A stretch of 62,291 bases of DNA, counting the filler, from Nemertoderma westbladi (taxonomy: Eukaryota > Animalia > Xenacoelomorpha), in NCBI GenBank assembly GCA_032718475.1. It is 4 parts of 4 records of this genome, joined end to end, with 100 filler letters (N's around TTAATTAATTAA, not from the genome) between each part and the next. Parts side by side here need not be neighbours in the genome. Positions count along the whole stretch, not along the records: positions 1 to 15,290 come from JAUCBJ010001321.1; 3 more parts are not named here. The stretch is one strand, 5' to 3'. The translations under genes and the position numbers were made by a program. This document shows, piece after piece, positions 1 to 11,000 of this stretch. Positions within the stretch are counted from its first letter, which is position 1; every line of letters starts with the position of its first letter. The notes beneath the pieces are model-generated. The model made no database searches. It was not told where the DNA came from and saw only the letters and a list, made by a program, of their open reading frames with translations.

Positions 1-1464
1 TTCTATATTCCGCAATAAGTATGGTTGGGAGTGATTGAGATGATGAACTGGCAATTGAATACCTGTCCCATATGGAAATTTGTTGCCCTGGATATTAATA
101 TGGCGCGATTGTAATGAAACTTCTATACCATTTGTACAACAAAATGGAACACCGCCTAAGATGTCTCTGTCATTATCCATATGTTCAGCAACAAGTGCTT
201 CCAACTTCAGATCAACATTCCCAAATGAAAGTAAGACTGAGACTTCACCGCAAATATTCAATTTTCCATTGACTTGCGTTGCTGTTTGTTGTGATTTCTT
301 CATTGGCATACCAGATAACTTTACAAATGAAAGAGAAATCAAGTTCCCTGTTGCTCCTGTATCAATTAATATCTTGCATGGATGAGATTTATAAAAACAA
401 TAGAAAAAAGGGGAAGCCATACATATCATACGATTAACAACCATGGAGCACACTGAAGAGGAAGGGTTCACCTTGGAGTTAGCCTCTGTATCACCCAGTT
501 CTTCCAAATCATCCTCATCAAAATCTATAGAAAAAGCCTTAGTAATTTCAGATTTTTCTTGTTTGGAAATAAACCAACAGCTGGCAATATCATGACCTTG
601 AAAAGATCTCCCAGCTGATTTGCATATTATGCAAGATTTCTTACTCCAAGTGTTAGCATCTGGCTTTCTAAAACTAACTGCTTGGCGATTTGAACGGCTT
701 GTTGCAGAACTAAAGCTATGGCGAGGTTTATTAAATGTACGTGAATAATTGATTTGTAATTCATCTTGAGCATTTAGCTCAGATAACAAGGCATCCATGG
801 CCTGAACAATTTGTGGCTGAACATCCTTTAAGGATTTGGACTGCAATTCATGTGAATAAACACGTGCAATGTAAGCAGGCAACTTAGCATCTATTAGCTG
901 AAGCCATATATATACAGCTAAGCGTTCAGCAGTGGGTGATAATTCCTCGTCTTCTGACATAGCAGTACCATCATACAAAATTCCAGACTCTACGGTCAGT
1001 AGATTGTCTTCTAAATGAGCACGTATACGTTGATATAGTGTCTCATATCGCTCACCATCTTCTCGTTTGATAGAATATAATTTCAAAAAATTCACCTCAG
1101 ATTGGCTAAAAGAATAATATTTTCTAATCCTTTGCCATATCCAAGTTAAAGATTGACTCTTTTTAACAATGTCACTACGTAGAAGAGATGGTGAATACTG
1201 TGCGATGATACCCACCATGCGGTTCAAGTGTATGCATTTTTGGGCAGCTGTCTTTCTAGATGCTATGGGTATTGTATCAAGATCACCTACTAAGCCTCGA
1301 TTAGGTATACTTGGCTTAGACCAAGTTACATTTGGTTCCAAAAATGGACTAAACTCATTACACAAGGAAAGTTGATATTGTAGATTGGTTTGCCAATTTG
1401 CGAATGAAGAAATAGTTTCATTCTCAGTCAGCACCCATTGTTTGGGTGGGCGAAATTCGGCCAT
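1..1464 (-). CDS. Ty3/Gypsy-type LTR retrotransposon gag-protease(-pol) polyprotein, N-terminal 488 codons; ORF runs off the window edge
   Basis: Manual translation from ATG at 1464: MAEFRPPKQWVLTENETISSFANWQTNL..., open to position 1 (absent from the ORF track because it has no stop). It contains a CX2CX9HX4C knuckle (CIICKSAGRSFQGHDIASC) and an aspartic protease motif (LIDTGATGNLI). Confidence 0.88.
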   Translation of the reverse strand, partial: MAEFRPPKQWVLTENETISSFANWQTNLQYQLSLCNEFSPFLEPNVTWSKPSIPNRGLVGDLDTIPIASRKTAAQKCIHLNRMVGIIAQYSPSLLRSDIVKKSQSLTWIWQRIRKYYSFSQSEVNFLKLYSIKREDGERYETLYQRIRAHLEDNLLTVESGILYDGTAMSEDEELSPTAERLAVYIWLQLIDAKLPAYIARVYSHELQSKSLKDVQPQIVQAMDALLSELNAQDELQINYSRTFNKPRHSFSSATSRSNRQAVSFRKPDANTWSKKSCIICKSAGRSFQGHDIASCWFISKQEKSEITKAFSIDFDEDDLEELGDTEANSKVNPSSSVCSMVVNRMICMASPFFYCFYKSHPCKILIDTGATGNLISLSFVKLSGMPMKKSQQTATQVNGKLNICGEVSVLLSFGNVDLKLEALVAEHMDNDRDILGGVPFCCTNGIEVSLQSRHINIQGNKFPYGTGIQLPVHHLNHSQPYLLRNIE

Positions 1465-2125
1465 GATAGAAACGCTGAGTCAACCAATTCTGCAATGGCA
1501 GAATGGACGAACACTGAAAAGGTCAGGGTAGACTAATGGCAACTATACCAGTCGGTAACAATTATAAGTTCTGAAGTTAGCAGCATAAGTAGGCAGTACT
1601 GCAGTAGGCAGAGCGGTAAAATATTATTAACTTTACATTAATTAATTAAATCAAATATAATGGATAGGCAGGTTGGTTTATTGTGCATAAGCCTAGGCAT
1701 TAATGCCTAATCCAACAGTCAGACAGTATTTCTTAGCCTCCTAGAACTTTATATTGTATAAGCCTGAACAGTAGGTACCGGTACGTAGTAGACCTCTGGA
1801 CCTACCGGCAACCGGTGTTAATCATTCAGTGCTGATGTGAATACAGTTTTGCCTTCTTTACATAACCAAAGCGCGTCCGTCGTTGTGTCACAAAATGGAT
1901 AGGCCTATCGCTTGCAATATCGGCGTTGGGTGCGATAACTACAGCAGCCACCACGACAGTTTATAATATAAGATCGGAAAACGCAATGTAGTAATCCTTA
2001 GGTAAACTGTAATACACACGCTGACTGAAGTAGGTATATATACATATATAAACCGGACCGGTAACAGTCAGCAACCCATCACCAATAAAGAGACTTAGAT
2101 CATATGGTACTAAGTAATATGATAG
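1465..2125 (-). mobile_element. Probable 5' leader, primer-binding site and LTR region of the Gypsy element
   Basis: Lies upstream of the gag ATG. Minus-strand TGGTGGCTGCTGTAG near 1940-1955 resembles a Gypsy primer-binding site. LTR ends cannot be fixed because the second LTR is outside the window. Confidence 0.35.
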
Positions 2126-2771
2126 GTATTGGCGCTGCATATCAGCAAAGTCACCTACCGGTATTTGATCAGCAAAAGATCAGGTCTGACTGTGTGATTT
2201 GGGTCTGATCATATTTTCCTTTGCATGCATAAGAAGCCCTTCAATGGTCACTATCCGCTACATTGATCTAATCCATATCGTCAGATAGCCCGTGTTGCTG
2301 TTATAAGATTTATTTTGATTTGGTGCAATTTGGGTAATTTTAGTTTTTTTGGGGTAAACTATGGTATTAATAACTTCCAGTAAAATCCCAATGTTAAGAA
2401 CATTGCTAGAAACGTCAATCATCTATAGCCTACAAACTAAGGGTAACTATCAGCCAGTTACTGTACATGGGCAGATGGGTATACTAAGTACAGGAGTACC
2501 CAGTACTTGGATATTCCTGTATTGACAATACTCAACTATATGAAGATAGGGTACGTTTTGACTAAAATACGGCATCTGATGTAACGTTTTGACTAGGCCT
2601 ATCTGCCAAAAGAACCTCCACTAAATATGCCATACATGTAGGCCTACCATACCTGCACCGGTGCTCACTACAGACTGTGGAGATAGCTACCGGCAAGAGG
2701 TGCTTGGTATATAGTTTTAGTCAGTAATGGCATACAGCAACTACTGACTTTATGATTTCATCAAGTTCATC

Positions 2772-3600
2772 AAACCAGGCTGACGACTCAGCTGTTTAAT
2801 TAATTGCAGCCGGATTGGATAAATTATTAATTAATTTGGGAAACTTTACTAATTAGTAAAATCGTTAATTAGTTTGATTCAAAAGATTTTAGAGTAATTA
2901 TCATTTGTAAAATAGTAAACCGCTTTGATACACCTTGTGAATAAGGATTTGGGGGCGGGGGGGACAAAGCCCCCCCGCCAATTAGGTAATTAAGTAATTA
3001 GTTAATTACTAATTAACGGTAGGAGATACGGCATCGGCGCCAGAGACATTTTTGTGTAGAATAAAATTCCGAACAACTTTGTGATGTTACGTTTTTTCAT
3101 AGCTCTTAGTGTTTTCAAGTTACGACGCTAATTAGTTTTCGGCTAATTAGTACTAATTAACAGTAATAGGAGGGCCATAGCGATGACTGAACTTTTTTTA
3201 GATCTTACCGAGATGAACAAAAAAAAACACCGTTGCTAGGTGAAAAACCAAATACTTTTCGAGAAAAATCAATTAGAAATCTTTAATCGCTAATTACTAA
3301 TTAATTAATTAACAGATTTTTGCCAAAAATTTCTCTGCTGTGCGCGCTCGGGACATCTATAAGATCGCGCAAACAGAATCGTTCTAGCTTTCGCCGTTCT
3401 CCTGGAAAAATCCTTTAAAAATCGACCTAAAAAAGATCAAAGCAAAGTGCCTACTTGACAGGGGGTACACCATAATGCTATCTTATGAGGTTTTACTTTG
3501 GTGTTTATGTTGGTTCTCATGTTCCGTTAAAAAGGCTGCATTATTTATTCCTCATAAGACTCTGTCGAGCCTTTGGCTCTCCAGTGGCAGCCGAACCATG
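2772..3600 (+). repeat. About 830-bp near-identical direct repeat, copy 1 (Helitron/Helentron-like non-autonomous element end)
   Basis: Matches 7230-8060 almost base for base. Ends in GAGCCTTTGGCTC..GGCAGCC hairpin motifs. Other shared segments are 2151-2300 ~ 6636-6785 and 2502-2650 ~ 3926-4080. Confidence 0.75.
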
Positions 3601-4871
3601 TGGAGAGCGCAAATGGAGCATTTGCGCCGTGCGAGCGCATGGCCGACGGCGTTGGCCATGTGGTATTGTTCTAGAATATTACAGTATTATTAATCCCATG
3701 TAAAGTTAAAAGTTAAAGCCCATGTTGCTGATGGAAAATAACAAATGCCTACCTTGATTTTGTTAAGGTCAGTTTTGTTTATACTTGAAGGATTACATAT
3801 ATTAGTATACATGGGCATAATATTCCAAATACTTTTGTTGCGCCTGTCGATTCGTATAAATCGACAGGCGCATAGACCCCCCCCAATTTATATTACTTGC
3901 GCATGTACATTAGTAGGCCTACAGAAGTACTTGGGTATTCCTGTATTCACAATATTCAACTACCATATATGAAGATAGGGTACGTTTTGACTAAAATTCT
4001 GCATCTGATGTAACGTTTTGACTAGGCCTATCTGCCAAAAGAACCTCCACTATATCTGCCCTACATGTAGGCCTACCATATTATTAAATTATTATTTATA
4101 CTTCAAAAATTTGTGGCACGAAACACATCACACGAAATGGAATTACAATAAAAATTTAAAAAAAAATTTTTAAAAATTTTTATAAAAAATTAAAACCATT
4201 TTCAATCAATTAATTCAGCACCTTGGAAAACCTAATAAAAAAAAATTATTCAAATTTGTTGAATTGACAAAGGTGGTTCTGAATTAACGAGGGTGGACCC
4301 AGAGCTATCGAGGGTGGTCCCTGAATTAACGAGTGAGGACCCAGAGTTAATAAGGATATTCCCTGGATTAATAAAAAATAATTAATACCAAAACTAATAA
4401 CAAAAGAAAACACCCAAAATATAATACCAGCAAATACAGAAATATACTCATATTAACAAATAACACAAAAATAATTATTTAATAAAAAATTTAATATTGA
4501 ACTTTTAACCGTTTTACCGTTATTGCAACATTACTGGGACCTTCATCAACAGGCTGGGATCACTCCAGAGAACATTTTAATAATTTATTCGCCACACCAA
4601 AGTGAATAATTGATCTAGGGGTCCTACAAATTACCCAAAAAAAACATAATATTACCCAAAAAAATACAAAAATACACAAAAAAAACACAAAAAATTACAC
4701 AAAAATATAATATACATATATATATATATATATATAAAACAAAATATATACATATTGCTATGTATGGCCTATTCAATACCTCATTACCTGTACCGGTATC
4801 TAACATAACCAAAATACTAAATCGCACTACTGATACCAAAACACATACTGCTGTTGTGCTGTACTGCAGTT

Positions 4872-5849
4872 AGGAACACTGGTCAAAAATTGTCCACATA
4901 TTTACAGCCAGAAAGTGTCCGTGCAGCCACTATTTGTCCTTCACAGGCTGCGATTATATTTCCGGACATATTTTGGTTGTAACTCCACTAGTACTCAAGG
5001 CAGAAGCTGGGCACATTTTTATTTTTAATATTATGATAGTTATCCCAATACAGTGGCTGATTGCGGCCAATTATTTTCATTTTTTAAATTCTTTTTAACC
5101 CGGGTGAAAAACATTTATCACCCGGGTGAAAAAGATGTGTCAGAACTCTGAACACATGTAGTTAGTTTCCTTATAATAATATCGATTGAAAGGTGATTTT
5201 CATCCAGATTCACTCTTGGGGAATTAATATCTCGACCAATGTTATTATTCTATTAAGGGACAGGATCAGGTTACTGTGGCATGTTATTCCAACCAAAACA
5301 ATCAACGAAAGTCAACAGTTAAACATTTCAACTATCTTTCACCCGGGTGATAAATGTTTTTCACCCGGGTGATAAATGTTTTTCACCCGGGTGATAAATG
5401 TTTTTCACCCGGGTGATAAATGTTTTTCACCCGGGTGATAAATGTTTTTCACCCGGGTGATAAATGTTTTTCACCCGGGTGATAAATGTTTTTCACCTGG
5501 GTGATAAATGTTTTTCACCCGGGTGATAAATGTTTTTCACCCGGGTGATAAATGTTTTTCACGCGGGTGATAAATGTTTTTCACCTGGGTGAAAAACATT
5601 TAAAAAATGAAAATAATTGGCCGCAATCAGCCACCGTATCCCAACGATGAGATTCTAATTCTTAAATTAATTTATACAGAATTTTATGGCGATTCTAATG
5701 GCATAATTTTTAGATTGCCAAGGTTAAAAATTCACTGCCGGTTTTCAAATGAAATTTAGCATTGTTTTCTATGGGGAAATTTCACTCTGAGAGCGTTTTC
5801 CACGGACACATTCTGGCTGTAAATTAGACATATTGTGACCAGTGTTCCT
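4872..5849. mobile_element. MITE-like element with about 50-bp imperfect terminal inverted repeats (TIRs), hosting a nested element
   Basis: AGGAACACTGGTCA...TTTACAGCCAGAAAGTGTCCGTG (4872-4923) is inverted relative to CACGGACACATTCTGGCTGTAAAT...TGACCAGTGTTCCT (5801-5849). The A-rich block 4620-4710 is also inverted relative to the T-rich block 5900-6025. Confidence 0.6.
5049..5638. mobile_element. IS3EU-like non-autonomous DNA transposon with internal 22-bp palindromic tandem array
   Basis: TIRs TACAGTGGCTGATTGCGGCCAATTATTTTC / GAAAATAATTGGCCGCAATCAGCCACCGTA. 6-bp TSD TCCCAA at 5043-5048 and 5639-5644. About 12 copies of TCACCCGGGTGATAAATGTTTT at 5337-5595. TAY..RTA ends with a 6-bp TSD fit IS3EU. 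Confidence 0.75.
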
Positions 5850-6351
5850 GACAGTACTGACATCAGTTTATAACTATATATAGGATATGAATTATTTTTG
5901 TCTTTTTGGGTAAGTTTAATAATTGCGTTTTTTTGTGTTAATTTTTGCGTTTTTTTTTATTTTTTTTGTGTTTTTTTTGTGTATTTTTGGGTAATTTTGT
6001 GTTTTTTTTTGGTAATTCGTAGGACCATGAATCTCGAGATAAGGAGTCTGGAAAAATTGACCAATCACAGCACCTACCTCTTTAACAGGTGGTTTGACCG
6101 CGATGGCGTTTTCAGCAGCGTGATGGGGATGGTCAGGGGAACATTCTAAGCTTTTATTCAACGCTCCGAAGTTAATAGATCTCAAGATATCGGGTTTTAA
6201 AATTTCGACCAATTACAGGCTATGTAGCCAAAACCGGTAATCCAACAGCAATGAAACATCTTCAGTCAGCTAAGAGACGTTCCATAGAATATTCCTAGCC
6301 TTTAAACTCCACCACAAAGTAAATAAAACTCGAGTTATTAACGTTCAAAGA

Positions 6352-6603
6352 AACAGCCAATCAGAGGCCGTATCTAGTGACCACGGTATGGTCGCGACCT
6401 GGGACCCAAACTGGAGCTTCAGAGTACCGTCCAAAACATTTTCGCATAAAATTGTACCGTAAAATATCAAGGCCTGGGCACATTTTCGACGCTTGAAAGT
6501 AACAGCCAATCAGGTGCCAGATATGGTGACCACGGTCTTGTCGCGACCTGAGACCCAGACTGCAGCTTCAGATTACCGGCCAAAACATATTCACATAATA
6601 TTA
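6352..6603 (+). repeat. Diverged two-copy tandem repeat, period about 149 bp
   Basis: AACAGCCAATCAG...GTGACCACGGT..GTCGCGACCTG..ACCCA..CTG.AGCTTCAGA.TACCG.CCAAAACAT occurs at 6352 and 6501. Confidence 0.7.
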
Positions 6604-7229
6604 TATAAAAAAATGTTATTGCCTATAGGCAGGACACCTACCGGTACACGGTCAGTAATGATCATGTCCTGACTGCATGATTTCGGTCTGATCAAATTTT
6701 CTGTTGCATGCATCAGATACCCATCAATGGCCTCTATCCACCTCGATGGTCTAAATCCATATCGTCAGATAGCCCTGGGTGCTGTATTGAAATAACGCAA
6801 TTACATAGGCCTACACATTGGGCACCTTTTAACTGTTTCAAACGATCATAATTTAGGCATTCAGACCGCGCCCGCACATGGGGGAGATTATTGCCAACCT
6901 TGGGCATCTGCCTACAACGTTTTAAATAACTGCCAGAAAGCCTAAAGCGTCCCCTTACATCTGTAGGCCTACATGTATTAAGAACAGACAAAAGGTACCC
7001 TGTACCGCGGCGCTGTAATGCTGTCTGACTGTACCGGATGTGGTTGTTCTAGGCAAGCAGTGCATACAGCTCGGACTGACAGTACCGATAGCAGACCCAG
7101 AGTACACCGGCACGGCAGACTATGATTAGCTACATACAGACAGAGCAAGGTAGTAGCTACCGGCAGACCGGCAGGTCAGTAGTATGAACACAGTTTTTGG
7201 AGCATACTACCAACTGCTGACTTTTGCTG

Positions 7230-8062
7230 AACCAGGCTGACGACTCAGATGTTTAATTAATTGCAGCAGGATTGGATAAATTATTAATTAATTTGGGAAA
7301 CTTTACTAATTAGTAAAATCGTTAATTAGTTCGATTCAAAAGATTTTAGAATAATTATCATTTGTAAAATAGTAAACCGCTTTGATACACCTTGTGAATA
7401 AGGATTTGGGGGCGGGGGGGACAAAGCCCCCCCGCCAATTAGGTAATTAAGTAATTAGTTAATTACTAATTAACGGTAGGAGATACGGCATCGGCGCCAG
7501 AGACTTTTTTGTGTAGAATAAAATTCCGAACAACTTTGTGATGTTAGGTTTTTTCATAGCTCTTAGTGTTTTCGAGTTACGACGCTAATTAGTTTTCGGC
7601 TAATTAGTACTAATTAACAGTAATAGGAGGGCCCTAGCGATGACTGAACTTTTTTTAGATCTTACCGAGATGAACAAAAAAAAACACCGTTGCTAGGTGA
7701 TAAACCAAATACTTTTCGAGAAAAATCAATTAGAAATCTTTAATCGCTAATTACTAATTAATTAATTAACAGATTTTTGCCAAAAATTTCTCTGCTGTGC
7801 GCGCTCGGGACATCTATAAGATCGCGCAAACAGAATCGTTCTAGCTTTCGCCATTCTCCTGGAAAAATCCTTTAAAAATCGACCTAAAAAAGATCAAAGC
7901 AAAGTGCCTACTTCTGACCACTGGCTATATAATGCTATCTTATGAGGTTTTACTTTGGTGTTTATTTTAGTTTGCTAAGTTCCGTTAAAAAGGCTGCATT
8001 ATTTATTCCTCATAAGACTCTGTCGAGCCTTTGGCTCTCCAGTGGCAGCCGGACCATCCAGT
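7230..8062 (+). repeat. About 830-bp near-identical direct repeat, copy 2 (Helitron/Helentron-like end)
   Basis: Matches 2772-3600. Terminal hairpin is followed by CCATCCAGT, loosely resembling a Helitron CTRR end. Confidence 0.75.
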
Positions 8063-11000
8063 CAGAATAAATTAAATGAGATTCTCAGATATTGAGATAT
8101 TGAAAGAATACTACTATATTAAAGAATACTACTGATGTTCATCAAAGCAATGTAAGGGTCCAATGTGAGCGAGTCAACTGTCATAGTGTGTTAATTTCAA
8201 TGACAACATACTGTTTGAATTAAAGGAAATTTACCTGGGTGAAACTCTCCCTTATTGGGAATTGTGTTGATATGGAATTAATATTATGTAATATAATATG
8301 ATATGGAATTGAATTGATATGGATATGGAAAACACCTCAAGTCGTGTCATTTAACTGTAAACTGCTTAAAAGAGTGAGTAACAAACACTGCAATTATTTT
8401 TCGGAACATCAACTGTTTAATCCTTTAAATTTGTTGACCGATTTGCTGGTCATAGCATTTTTTGATACCAATCAAACTTTTGAGTGTAAAGAAAATTGAT
8501 GAGTCGACGACTTCAAACAAGACTCACACTCACATCAATGACTACCTGGCTAAAAACTCAATCACCTTCGAGGAAGATGACGACTTTATCATAGATGTAT
8601 TTGCTGGGTGTGTCCAATACATAAATGTAATGAAGGTTACTGTCGAAGCCTTCTTTAGACTGAATGTAGAAACTTCTTCAGAGTCGATTGCCTGACACTT
8701 CTACACACTTGGTGTAGACGAAGTAAAGGTTATTGGATGTAATAGAATAGCTGGGTGTAATAGAATTGGGAAATTTTAAGAAGGCTGTTTCTTTTAGTTC
8801 TGTATGTTTCATTCAACCTTGGTAGACATCGAAAACAACAACAAAACTTTATAGAAATTCAGATGCCCATCCAAAAGGAAGAAATCTAATGAGATTCTCA
8901 TGTAATTAGATGTTAGGATATCCATATGAAAGAAGACTACTGAAGCTTTATGAATGCAATGGATTGGGCCAATATGAGCGAGTCTCATGCGGTGGAACAA
9001 GGTTGTGTTCATATTTTTTTTAATTTTATTTACACTCTGTATGAGTAAAGGGGGTTAAAAAGCAGTAGAATCAAAACTGTAAAACATAGCAATAATTAGA
9101 TGAAAAATAAATATTGATAAACAATGAACAATAAATTCTCCCTTATGTTAAAATGGAGAGCGCTGAGAGTGGGTGCCCGAAGTTACATTTGAGGCAATGG
9201 TGCCTTGCTGAGGTGTCACAGAATTTACAGATGGAGTCAGAAGTCGGCTCGTGGAAAGTTATTCGAGTCTTGCACAGTTTCCAGTGGAATAAGTGAGTTT
9301 TCCTAGGTCTGAATCAGTTGTCCATTCATACGACCACCAATCTCCTTTCCCATCTATTATGATTACCTTCAGCTTACTACACTCAGTAGGCCTACACTCA
9401 CTATGACTTATCTGACCCAATGCTGACGAATACCAATAAACGATATGATCTGGCCAAATACAGTTAATTCATGTTACGTTTTGGAACATAAACTGTTTAT
9501 TCAATGTAATTTCATTGGCTGATTGCCTAGTCATTTTCAGCATCTTCATTATTTGAGTCGATCTGATATGGGCTACAAAAATGGATCACGAAGCGTTGCT
9601 TACCAGATGCAAGAAGGTGTGGGAAACATTTGATGAGTCAACATCTTAATTCAAATCTAACATGGTTAAAAATTCAATGGCCTTTGAGAAAGATGAAGCC
9701 TTTATCATAACAAGATTCAACTAATATGAGTGAGTCTCATGAGGTGGAATATGGTTGTTTTTATAAGTGGAGAATTCCATTATCGAATTATTCATCCGTA
9801 CAACTACCAATCTGTTTTCTCGTCTTTTACGTTTTTGTCCTTCAGCTTACATTCACAATGACTTGTCAGAATCAATGCTGTGATATCCGTCCTTTTCCCA
9901 CAATCAAGTGGAAAATTACTATAAACAACCACCACATTCGATGCGGATATGGTGAAATCAAGTGAGCTCATAGGAGCTCATCTTATTTATAATCATGTGT
10001 GTTTCCACTTGATAGTGGGACAATGACTATTCTCACAGCATCGATACTGACAGGCTCTCGCTTACACCATTTTGGCTTCATCAAAATATACTTTGGTTGC
10101 CACAGAAAACTGCGCAATGGTTCTATGATGCTGTCTTGTCCAGGGTTGGTGGAACTATATTTTTATCATAAAAAATTGTTAACTCATAAAATATCCCGTG
10201 TGTCTTTTTGGAATGTTAATGAAATAGTTCTACTGAATACAAACTTTATCTCTTGTAAGGTCGTTGTCTGATTGGCTAGTCATATTTTGCATCTTCAGTT
10301 CTTGACTCAATCTTATTAGGAAGGGCTACCAAAGTGGATCATAGGCTTTGTGCAGCAGCAGCAAGTGGGTGTGGGAAGTATTTGACAAGTCAACAACTTC
10401 AATCGAAACTCACATCAATGATTGATTACCTAGCTAAAAACTTTTGTAAGACGACTAGTTCTTTTAGTTCTGGAGGTTTCATTCAAACTTGTTAGAGACT
10501 CAAAACAACAACAAAACTTTATGGAAGTTCAGATGGCCAGAAGGAAGAAATTTACTGAGATTCTATAATTAGATGTTGACATAACTATATGAAAAAAGAC
10601 TTTTCGAGTTGATGAAAGTAAAGGATTGGGATAAAAAGTTCTTAGTTCGATAAATTCAGTGACAACTTACCGTCTGAGTTAAAGGAAATCTACTTGAAAC
10701 TCTCCCTTAAGGTGTCACGCATGGAGGAATTACGTTTATATGTCGGAGAGTTGTCCTCTTGCTGATCCAGTTTGCTGTCGACACTGACGACAAATATCAA
10801 TGACCGATATGGACGGCACTATATGCAATATGATAAAAGTCACTCAATGTTACTTTTTGGAATGCTTTTATAGCTGAATGTTAAAAGAGCAACATTACCA
10901 AAGTCGGGAGGCCTACACAACAAAAGTGAATCATTTAAAGCAAACTTTTTATTTAAGGTGGGGGGAGGGGGGGGGGGGGGGGGGTGGTAGCGCTACTTCT

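Noticed and set aside
4624-6212. Hydrophobic or Lys-rich short ORFs
   Set aside because: Products of low-complexity A-rich and T-rich inverted blocks.
8497-8530. UGAUGAGUC..GAC as a hammerhead or C/D snoRNA box
   Set aside because: No GAAA follows the stem, the C of CUGAUGA is absent in all copies, and no matching D box with terminal stem was seen.
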